A stretch of DNA of 63,853 nucleotides, the filler included, from Choristocarpus tenellus KU-1152 (taxonomy: Eukaryota > Protista > Phaeophyceae), in NCBI GenBank assembly GCA_964200185.2. It is 12 parts of 12 records of this genome, joined end to end, with 100 filler letters (N's around TTAATTAATTAA, not from the genome) between each part and the next. Parts side by side here need not be neighbours in the genome. Positions count along the whole stretch, not along the records: positions 51,643 to 57,700 come from CAXNAD020009049.1; positions 57,801 to 61,137 come from CAXNAD020020716.1; positions 61,238 to 63,853 come from CAXNAD020026242.1; 9 more parts are not named here. One strand, written 5' to 3'. The notes under the pieces were generated by a model. It made no database searches, was not told the origin of the DNA, and worked only from the letters and a program-made list of their open reading frames with translations. The translations under genes and the position numbers were made by a program. Every line of letters starts with the position of its first letter. Position 1 is the first letter of the stretch. Below are positions 53,616 through 63,853 of this stretch, piece after piece.

Positions 53616-56521
53616 ATGGCACACCAAGTAACTTGTTCTGTTAGCCAACCATGGCCATTGGTGTTTCTTGCAGCAATGCTTGTCCAGTCTCTTCTGCCGG
53701 TATCCTCTGGGGAGCTCTTGCTGCTTGTATCATTGACACGCCATGGAAGCAGGGTAGGTGTTAGAATTCGTACTGGATGGGAATTGCTATTTATGGCCTG
53801 GGGATATTAGGAGTCTATGTATTGCTAGCAAGATCATGTGCCACCCAAGTTCTTTATCGCTATTACCTGTACAATCTTGCCTTGTCAGTGAGATCTACCC
53901 TTTTTTAGGATATTGACTCATGTCGCGGTTGACAGTTGGGAGGAAAATCCTTCCCCTTTGCCGGGCCACGGTATATCGACATGCGCTTTAGCTTCGTTGA
54001 CAATCCTGTGTTCTACAATGCTGACTTGTCAACTTTTACCATCTTTTCTATTTGATAGGTAGTTGAAGTAGTTGCGGACACCACCAATGAAGAGAGAATA
54101 TCATTGATATCCTACTAGAGAGTGAAAGGAGTGTCAAGGTTCACTCAGCAAAGGAAGGTTGATCTATTCATCCGCCAGATAGGCCTTTGACCTAACCAAC
54201 TACTTTTCCCTCTCGTAAGTTATTGCGAGACTAAAACTCCCTCTATGTTTTGTTTCTTCTTACGCGAATCCCAGGCCCCAAACAGTGTTGTGGACGAGTT
54301 GTGTCCTCACAACAAAGCCAACCGGGGGTTGTACAACGTTCCACCAGGCCAGGTGAGAGGATTAGACATAGGTTATGCTTGATTGCTTTTCTACTGCTGG
54401 GTTTTAGGTTTCTCTTGTGGGGTTAGTCTTGGGATATGAATTCAATAGTGCTCCAGTCAAGAACCAACACTGCCCTTCCATTGTACGCCACAGGTTATTT
54501 TGTTAAGAGTTGGATCAAAATTAGATGAATCGATGAAATATGGCACACTGCTGTCCACCACTCCTGCAGTCGTGCAGAACCATTTCGAACACCTGTACCT
54601 CAATTCGACCAACCATAACGTCAAGACCAGTTCCGATCCACTCAAACACTTGTGCCATTGGTCCTTTCTTAGTGAGATGAATGAACCCTCAACACTCTGT
54701 GACCTGGACGTTTTCATTCTACTCCTGCATTAAGATGGGACAGTGGGATCATTCATATTTATGTGAGGTTTGTCTGGCACATATCGCAGGACTTGAGGAT
54801 CCAGGCTTAGGATTGTGTGTCTTGTTACAGTTGTAGTCATGTGAACATCATGGAGACCTACACCCTGTGGTAGAGGAAACACCTGCAATGGGGATTTCAT
54901 GGGAACATTCACATTGATTTAGCATGGATATAAACACGAAGTGATGTGTGCTGGTATTATGAGAATAACTCACAAGGACAACAGCAAGACAGTAAACTTC
55001 CATGTGTGTAAGATCCATACAGATATCACACAACTTCCTCCATACAACAATATTTTGAACGAGATGTTTTGCATTGCAACCTTCAAGAGCTGATTTTGGA
55101 TTCTCGGGCTTTCTGAAGTTTTGGATTTAGTTGAGGTACCCACCAAGCCAGCATGAGGAGGGGGCAAACAGACCTTGAGATTTGAAAGCTCCAGTCAATC
55201 ACCTTCCAATCACCTGTAAGTCATGACTGACAAGGAAGGGGACACATGCTGAGACACCAAAGAGGAAGAAACTGACAATTTCAGAGAGAAGGGCTGTAAT
55301 CGCGGATCTCCTCGTAAGTAGTAGAAACGGCATCATAGCAAATGGTCAAAGGGGACTTGAAACAAGTTCGTGGCATGTTTGGTGTCTCCTGGAAGAGCAT
55401 CAAAGCGGTATAGGCTGCAGAAGGACCAGGGCATCCTTGATCCTGCCCTCGACTCTCTGTGTAGGAGAAACAACAGCCGCAAAAGGCATCAATAAATAAA
55501 CAAATAGATCAATTTATCAATCAATAAATAATAAAATAGATATGGTCAAGTATGCTTGGGTTGGCTGTGAGAGCTATCCCAGTCAGGAGCTGTCGATGCT
55601 ATGTGTGTTTTCAGCACAGTTCGGCATCCCCGGTGCCTCACTTCACGGGAATCTCAAGCAGCTTGATCTAAGGAGCTGCTTGATGCTTGATCTAAGGAAC
55701 TGCTTGACTCACATTAGGCTGCTACTAAACTGCTCACATCCAAAGGACATGTAGGCGAGATCTGGCAGAGCTCATGCTAGAAGGCTTCCATCCAACCCAG
55801 TGGCGAGGCATTCGCACCAGGGTGCTCTTGAGAGTGTGTAGGGAAGGTGTTGGGAGTGTGCAACCCAACCATTAAATTGTATACAGAACTCAAAGGTCTG
55901 AATCGGGCAGGGATCTTACATTTGTGCACAGGGGTGTGGACCATTATATACATGGACAGAGGTACTGCACCAGCAACAGATACAGCATACTCCAAGAATA
56001 ATGTACAAACTTCGTTAGTATTCTTATTATTATTTTCATTATTGTTATTATTATTATTATTATTATTATGACTTGCATACGATATTAAACTCTGAGAATG
56101 AAGTTTTCGCCACTGGTGACACTGCCACGCAGAATATAAAAGCTTCATCACTATGAAGTGCAGATATGGGTTACAACATTGGCGTTATGGAACATGTGCA
56201 CAACATCGTTCCTCCAGTGTGATGAGAAACACTACTGACCAGTGTGATGCTTGGCCTGCATCTGCTTCAAGTCCCCATAGATGTACAGTGCCTACGGGTT
56301 ACCAGCACCTCCCCATATTCTATTGCCTTGTATCCACCCCCCCACCTGCTCTCAAACATGCTCACTCCTCCCTGTGCAGCTGACGGAGTTTGGCATGCAA
56401 CAGGCTCTCCACCTGGGAGATCACATCCGTTCCCTCTATGTGGAAGAAATGGGATTCCTGCCACCAAGCCTGGGTGATGGATTATCGTCAGGATTCCACG
56501 CCCGCTTCCGTTCTGATTCGG
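53616..56521 (+). CDS. Secreted/lysosomal histidine acid phosphatase (branch 2). Exons 53616-53753, 54275-54352, 56380-56521 (3'-partial)
   Basis: Signal peptide; catalytic RHGSR|AP split by an intron; PGQ|LTEFGMQQALHLGDHIRSLY. Confidence 0.88.
55050..55465 (-). mobile_element. Possible non-LTR retrotransposon RT relic inside the phosphatase intron
   Basis: GQDQGCPG followed by a decayed (Y)xDD-like region; weak. Confidence 0.25.
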
Positions 56522-57860
56522 GTGAGCCGTTGAGGTTTTTCAAAAACGTGTAAGTTTCCCCCCCCTTCCCCAACCCTGCTGTACAAAAGTATAAAACGGC
56601 CTCTTTTCTTTTTTTCCATTTTGGTGTCGCAATTCAATTGTCACCATGTCATTGCACACATGATCAAACAGTAAATTTACGTTGGAATAATCTTGTGTGT
56701 TTGTTCCTTCCAGGTCCTTTTCTGGGGTGGATCACATTGCGATTGGAAGTAATGCATTGATGCGTCCATTTATCCTCCTGCAAGTAATACTACCACTACT
56801 GCAATTAACGTCTATGTCTATGTCGAGTCATCCTCTTGCAATTAACCCCAGGGTGATTCTGATAGCAAGATTGATAATGTATTTGAGGGGTAGCAGTTCC
56901 GTTGGGTTAGTACAGGGCATCCCATTGGTGCAACACACATTCCTGCAAGTGCCAATTGTAATCATCACTGATGCGCTTCTTCTGTTCAGGATCAGTTCAA
57001 ACGTTACTTTTTTTTTTTCCCCCATCATCCACAAAAACGATTCTAAATGGTTCGGAAGAGATGGAGTATAATGGTACAGGTGGTACAGGTGGTTAGAACC
57101 AAAACGATGTGAAACAAAGGCGAAAAAAAAAAAGAAAAAGAAAAAGAAACTCACCTCCTTCACATTTGGTTTTTGTTCCCTCCCTCGTTCACCCTTCAGT
57201 AGAAAAAGAAAAAGAAAAAGAAAAGAGGTAGCCGTGTATGGAGGCGTCTGTCGCAAAAAGACAATACGAACCTTTTCCGGTCATCACCGTCGTACTCGTT
57301 CATAGATCACTTGCTGTTTATATATTTTTTTTGTACAGGTTTTACTAGAGCTTCTGTTCATCGTCGTAGTTTAAAAATAAAAAGACACCAACATAAACGA
57401 ATAATAAAATAAAAAGGCTCAGTCTTGTCACCGGCATAGTTTAAAGGAACGACCACATAGCCAACACTCTTTCACCAGAGGTAATTAGAGACGCCCCGAT
57501 ATGTAGTCTATTTTAAATATTTTGAGCAAGATACAATCGGACCTCCCCGGAGCTGCTTTGTTTTTGTTTGTTTTCATTCTTTTGTCGGAACCCTTTCGCA
57601 CCAATTGTAAACGCCATTTCCCTCGCGGCTCAAAGTATCTCCGGGGGAGGGGGGGGGGGGGGGGGGGTGTGCCCCGGGAATGCCCTTCGAACCCGTTCCA
57701 NNNNNNNNNNNNNNNNNNNNNNNNNNNNNNNNNNNNNNNNNNNNTTAATTAATTAANNNNNNNNNNNNNNNNNNNNNNNNNNNNNNNNNNNNNNNNNNNN
57801 CCCTTTTTTTTTTTTCTTTTGTTGTTGTTGGGGGTGGCTCTGTTTTTTTCTCCTTTGCAG

Positions 57861-59730
57861 GGAGATCAAGCAGTCGAGCTTTGTTGAGTTTGGCCCGATG
57901 GTGACTATCCTTGTGGGGCACTGCAACTCCAAGGAGCGATTTAATCGTCTAACTGCGGTGACATGGGTACACCAGTTCATAAGCTTGGGGGTGAGTTTAG
58001 GGTTAGGGTTAGGGTTCGACACGAGGTGCAGAGAGAGCAACAATACCTTAACTTCTGAGTCACACTCACTGTGCTCCCCCATCCCCCTTGAGGACCTCGA
58101 AGTGCGGTTGTTACCCCCTTGTCCCCCTCGATGTGTAACTGACTCCATTCCTCCTTCAACAAGCAAGGGCCTGTCCCTCGGTGTACTATTATATCATATT
58201 GAATGTAATCAGTCATGCACACACACACACACATACACACACACACACACACACAAACGCACACACATATACGCCCCCCCCCCTGGCTCGCCCGCCTGCC
58301 CAAACATTGGAAACCGCTTTCTATTTTTTTTTGTTCCCTTTTTCTTTTTGTGTGTGTGTATTTTGCGTCGTTTCGTTGTGTCGTTTTTTTTTATTGTGTG
58401 GAAGGCGGAGCGACTGGTCCTCTTTTACTCGGAGCTCTTAGGTGCGATCATGCACTGCATAAGTGACAGTGACCTTGAGGTTCGAGAGCGTGCGGGTAAG
58501 GCAAATAGTGACCTCCTAGAGCTGGTTAGGGACACAGGGAAGGAGTTTGAGCTCAGTCCGCTGCTCAAGACCCTCACCGTGGAGCTGCTGAGTCACCATG
58601 TCCCAACGCGCATGGTCTGTCTGTTTCCCCCTTTCCTCCTTGGATTGTTGCTTTGCTCCCCATGGCCCGCATGGTCTGTCTATTTCCCCCTTTCCTCCTT
58701 GGATTGTTGCTTTACTCCCCATGGCCCACCCGTCTTGCGATTCCTGCGTCAAATACAAGACAGGGGTTGTGGGCTAGTTTCTCTTGCGTGTGTTGAGGTA
58801 TTATTTTGTTTGGAAGTGAGTGTTGTTCATGCTGCATAGATCGGTGCTCTTTGCCCACTGGGGTTCAGTGGTACTTCTGTAGTAGTTGTACGCCTGTACT
58901 CCTCTCTGAGGCTGCGTCAGGCTGCTGATCTACCTCAGGATAAGGCCTGTTCCTAGCGGCAACCTTTTTTTAGTTTGCTGAAAAATTCCAAAATTTCCGA
59001 TTTTTCTAGTATTTAATTGGAACGCAAATGGAACGGGACAGGAACAGGCCTGGTTTTTGTGTTCTGATGACTGTTTCGGACTGTTGTGGGCTCTCTCCCT
59101 GTTTAAATGCCCATTTGTGCTTCAACTGAAGATAAGGGCATGTAGAGCCCGGAACGAGATGATAGCTTTACAAGTGTTTTGTTGTGTACTTGGGGTGTTT
59201 GGTAGAGGGAGGTAGAAGAGGGTTATCTCACATTTTTTTTTGTTCTGGTTAAATTTTACGCAAACAATGGAAGGCGTTGTTTGTTTTGGGACAACCATGG
59301 GTAGGATGAGCCTATTTTGTTCCCCTTCTATACTATGGCAATGACTTGTTCCATGTAGGTCCTGTTTACCCTCCAGTCAAAGCGCTCTATGGTGCAGTTG
59401 TTTGTCCCTATATGTGCCTACCTGTTATTCCTAATCATCTTTGTGATCCTTGTGGAGTGACATGTTCCTGTTTTGAGACTGTTCCTGTGTTATCCAAGTG
59501 TCAATGCGTGCAATGGTCTGAAACTGTACTGAAGACCTAAATCGCTCAAATTGTGTGTGTTGTGTGTGTGTGTTGGTGTGTGTGCATGTGAACAGGCAGC
59601 ATTGCGTTGGATCAACATGCTTCTAGAGAAGAATCCTTCAGAGATGGGCCACTTCATTGAGGAGCTGCTTCCCTCCCTTCTGAATGCTCTCAGTGATAGT
59701 GCGGATGATGTGGTGCTGATGAACTTGCAG
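57861..59730 (+). CDS. VAC14: VAC14 (PIKfyve/Fab1 complex HEAT scaffold), internal exons 57861-57990, 58405-58614, 59596-59730
   Basis: EIKQSSFVEFGPMVTILVGHCNSKERFNRLTAVTWVHQFISLG|AERLVLFYSELLGAIMHCISD..PTRM|AALRWINMLLEKNP..LLNALSDSADDVVLMNLQ closely parallels the Vac14 sequence. Confidence 0.9.
58609..58727. repeat. 59-bp tandem duplication spanning the VAC14 splice donor
   Basis: cgcatggtctgtct..ccccatggcc occurs twice with 2 mismatches. Confidence 0.93.
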
Positions 59731-60579
59731 GTATTTGCTTGGATGACTCAAAGTAAAGTCAGTAGTACAATGACTTGACTTACAATACCCAACAACAAAG
59801 TACGTACTATTGATGTTGTCATGCTATCGCTTTAGTTTGTTCGGCATCAATTGCATATTGCGATTTTGACAGCTTCGATTACTGCACTCACATTACCCTA
59901 TCCATTATATCACCCTTGAGCCATTCTTCCCACTCATCCTAGCCTTCACAGTAGTAACAATAGTGGCCATCACCTTCACATTGTTTGGAATCAGGGAGGG
60001 TGGGTGGGTGGGTGGGTGGGGAAAGGGCTGTGCCGCCATTGCTGCATTAAGGACACACTTCGCATTCCAGAAGGGCAGGTAGAGTGCTGGGGTCCTTCTG
60101 CTCTCAACCTCTTTAAGCTGTGTTCCAGGGTGTTTGTAGGAACCCAATAGTGTTGATAAGAACAGTAATATTTTAACAATTGTTTAGGGTTAGGGGGAAG
60201 CACCGACGAGCGCCTTCCTGGCGAAGTTGTATCGCATACCCCCCCCCTAACCCTAGAGCTGTGAACTGTTCAGATTTCTGACCTATGATTCTGGTCAGTC
60301 CAGCTCTCGTCTGCTTGATGGCTGTTCATCGTGTGGGTCATGGCAACACAACAACCCAGGCCATGCCCCCTCCCCGGAGAAGCTAGCTTGGAAGTAGAGG
60401 CTAACATCGTACATGCCTGTGCGTGTGTCATTGTGTGGGATAGAAACAGGAATCCTGGAAGGCGTGTGTGCACAACCTTAGCCCTCACTCACGCTGTGAA
60501 GGGATGTGATAATGATGAGGTGGAAGTTCGTAGCACACGCCTCCCAAGGTTCCTGGAACATGCGAATAATTGGTCTGAT

Positions 60580-60610
<31 letters not shown>

Positions 60611-61237
60611 GGGTTGATCAGTTAGTTGGAATGCGGCGGGTTTTGATTGGCACCAGTTTTCACAGCTCTGATGCATCTACCACACATGGGACATGGGAAT
60701 AGAATAGGTGCCAGTTCCTGTTCATTGGCAGATTTAGAGGGTCCTGCCTTGGCACTCCCAAGTGGAACATTTGTGAATTAAGTGTGTTGAGGAGGGGCAA
60801 ACAGGACCGCAGTTAGCCTTCTGATGCACCCGCTTTTAGTGCTTGAGGTCGCTTCCTGGGCATAGATAGCGTTTGATATTCTGACCTCTTCAATGTATGC
60901 TCTTAGCGGCAGGCTTAAACTATGGGTGCAATAAAAAAAAAGTACAGAACACCGCCTCCTTGTGTTCAGTAGTGCACCTTTCGGTTACTGATTTTTATTT
61001 GTTTTTGGATTTGTCCATTTTCCTTCGCCGGGTTGAAATTACCTCGTTCCAGACCCCTCCCCCCCCCCCCCCCGCCCCCCCCCCCCCCCCCCCCCCCCCC
61101 TCCCCACCCCCCCCCCCCCCACTCCCCCCCACCCACCNNNNNNNNNNNNNNNNNNNNNNNNNNNNNNNNNNNNNNNNNNNNTTAATTAATTAANNNNNNN
61201 NNNNNNNNNNNNNNNNNNNNNNNNNNNNNNNNNNNNN

Positions 61238-61485
61238 ATCTTAGACGGTAGAGCCGCGTCCATTTGGGGGTCAAAATCCAACGTTGCGATTTTGATGTAA
61301 TTTTGGCTATCGTGTTTGTTAGGAAGTGTCAACATCTATGTTCCGGACACACCATTTCGCAACATATGCACTTTACCTACTCCTAAACATTTTGGGGTAG
61401 GAAAATGTCATAAAATAACCCATGGGAAGCCAAGCCCAAAATGACAAACAGGGCAAAACTCGTACCCTCTAAGATACTTTGACTA
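61238..61485 (-). mobile_element. MITE family A copy, reverse orientation, cut by a gap
   Basis: Same internal sequence; ends ccctctaagatactttgact. Confidence 0.88.
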
Positions 61486-61714
61486 TTTTGGTCAATATCC
61501 TTTACCTCTCTTAGCCAGTCTTTTTTATCTTGAACGAAACTTTGAGTCGAGCTTTGAGCTAAGCACTGAGTGGAATATCAAGAGGAAAGGCTACATGACA
61601 CCCTACAAACTGTTACCAAGGGCAACGTCCCCATAGCGTTGTTTTAAGGTCGTTGTATTTGAGTTACACATCCTGTGGAGGTGAGTTCAGGGGCACGCTG
61701 TAACACTATTGTTG

Positions 61715-61877
61715 GCCTTGGGTGGAGGCTGTCCATTTGGGGCCAATTATTTCATGTCGCGATTTGGTGTGATTTGGTTGCATACGTTGGATGGATAATG
61801 TAAGTGCACCTTTCCTGGTTATGGTCCAAATGGATCCCCTGGTGTAGACCTCCCCCCCCCTCCAGATACCTTGGGTC
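61715..61877 (-). mobile_element. MITE family B copy, reverse orientation, one TIR missing
   Basis: gtccatttgggg..aagtgcac..ggtgtagacctccccccccctccagataccttgggtc. Confidence 0.78.
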
Positions 61878-63289
61878 TTTTGTCCTTGTTGGTATGGTGT
61901 TGTTGATGCCATAGGTACTAGGTTCGTGGTCACTTGTATCGCCTTAGCCCTGGCTGCAATAACAGACATTTTCAGACAGTCCTGGTTATACCACCACTAT
62001 TCTTCTGACTTCAACAGTGCTTTCCACTCCAGAGATACGTTACTTGACGTACACCTACCTGCCCAGATACAGTCGAAGTTGCATTGTATTGTTACATAAT
62101 CGTAGAACCTAAATGATCAGACCTGTCTCCTTCAATCTAGATGCTCACAATGACCAAAGACTTCGATGCAAATCTAACCACTCACCCCAGCAAACATGCG
62201 TACAAGTCTACACAATTGTCGAGAATAACCTAATTCTGCTCATTGCAAACACGTGCGAATTATTGCTATACAATTGGAAAAAAGTCCAGGCCAAGTGAGA
62301 GTAATATCTGGCATCATGGACAACTGCTTCTTCTGTGGGACAAGGGGTAGGTAAGTTGATTTGAGGCAATGTGTTTTGTGATTAACACGTTGTTTTCCCT
62401 CTCAACTGAAGCAACACTGTACCCTTTACAAAGTTTTTCTTTGCAATCGTACTGTCGAAAGAGGGAGGCAAGACATAGTCCATCCATACGTTGTCTGTCA
62501 ATATTGGCTACAAATCAGTTGAAGAGAGGCACTGACCGTAGGCCAGTCCCAATCGAGGGCAGTGCAATATCTCCCCCATTCTCGGATACCCAGTAAGGCT
62601 GATGCTTCAATAGCAGGTCTTCAACGAAGAAGATACAACCAACTCATCATCCTGGCTAGCCTTCTCCCTGTCAAACTCAGTCCAGACAAGGTGCAGCAAC
62701 CTCTACATAACTGCAGTAAATGATTTGGTCTTAGAAGCAAGCCTCATTCACCATCCCAAGTGCTGCTCAAATATAATGTAATGTGAGACCATAATTCTAT
62801 ATTTGTTAGATAGGTATAGACCTCTGAAACACGAGAGAGACTATCCCCAGAATTCATCAGGCTTCACAAATTCCAGAATTCTTCCCTTACTTCTTCGACT
62901 ACAATCCTAGCAACTTTTTCTAAGTCTGACAGAACAGCAGATGCGTCATATTGTCTATCCGATGATAATCGCTGTGGATAATATGATTACAGCAGTACAA
63001 CAACACCTAGACCTTTCTCTGTCGTGGACTTGGTATAATGAAATTAGAAGGGTTTCTTATAAACAGGTTGATGTAAAGGGTGCAACAGCATTAGGGAACA
63101 AAAAATAAAAATGTACACATGTTCTGTTGCGTTTGTTGCGTTCTTTGCTCTGATAATGCCAACCATGACAGAGTGTGGAATAGTAATGAAGCCCGCCAAG
63201 GTATGCTGCGTGTGTTCTGTACTTTCAACACGTGAACAGAAACATGAAGCCCAATGCCCAAGGCAGGGTCAGCAACCCACAGGAGGGAA

Positions 63290-63742
63290 TCAGTATGTAC
63301 ATGGGGGAAGTAGACCTATGCCAAGCACACACGACTGAGGTGTTCTCCTAGAAAGACCCTTCCGAACAGTGGAGTACAACAATATTCTTGGTCTGTCGAC
63401 AAAGAGTCCTATCTGAATGCCTAGGTATACTAAACTATCACCCCCCTCAGCTAAATCCACTTCAATGATACACCAATATGCGAAGAAGCGGGGTAGCCCG
63501 TATCTGGGGACAGAAACCAAAGACTTGATGAGAGAAAAGGGTGGAGGGGTAGATATAACATGATTGTATGGTCCTTGACATTGATTCATCTTCCCGTCAG
63601 TGGCCCACAGTGTACATGACACTACCACACACTGTTTAGAGTGTGACTTCAACAAACAGGCCAAACGGTCCATATCATTACACAAGAAATGGATGGAGTT
63701 TGCATTGCTTGAAAAAAATATCCTGCAGCAACCACATGGCAA
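63290..63742 (-). mobile_element. Possible non-LTR retrotransposon RT relic
   Basis: Only SLVYLGIQIG, similar to the LINE RT YLG motif. Confidence 0.25.
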
Positions 63743-63853
63743 TGTGTCCGTTAAAGTGCCCTAACTTCCGCTCACAAAATTGGCTTTGCGCAAAAATGGT
63801 AAGTCGGTCGGTCAATGATATGGGGAAGGAGGGGTTGTCCCCTTACTAGGGGG

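Noticed and set aside
57898-58839. 313-aa single ORF as a complete protein
   Set aside because: It is two VAC14 exons read through intronic sequence.
3845-61237. Regularly recurring TTAATTAATTAA as a biological repeat or CRISPR-like array, and any gene cluster spanning gaps
   Set aside because: It is always centred in 100-nt N blocks, so it is an artificial linker joining unrelated contigs.

Overview
This is intron-rich eukaryotic nuclear DNA. A brown alga or related photosynthetic stramenopile is inferred from the short GT-AG exons in kb-scale introns, an apparently signal-peptide-bearing 20S proteasome subunit and frequent interstitial TTAGGG tracts. It is not one locus: 12 short contigs are joined by 11 artificial 100-nt spacers (N44-TTAATTAATTAA-N44), so adjacency across gaps is meaningless. 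Hand-splicing gives partial genes for an F-BAR protein, a giant (>2300 aa) Sfi1-repeat-like protein, the TPP domain of a trehalose-6-phosphate synthase/phosphatase, a signal-peptide His-rich protein, an RCC1/HERC-like protein, a divergent proteasome beta2 head-to-head with a histidine acid phosphatase, and VAC14. The rest is decayed Gypsy, Copia, mariner and possible LINE fragments, solo LTRs, two MITE families with shared termini, and satellites. The best leads are the putatively periplastid-targeted beta2 subunit, the paired MITE families, the Sfi1-like giant protein, the His-rich secreted protein, degenerate TPP catalytic motifs and repeated AAG splice acceptors. All family calls come from motif recognition by eye; no searches were run.
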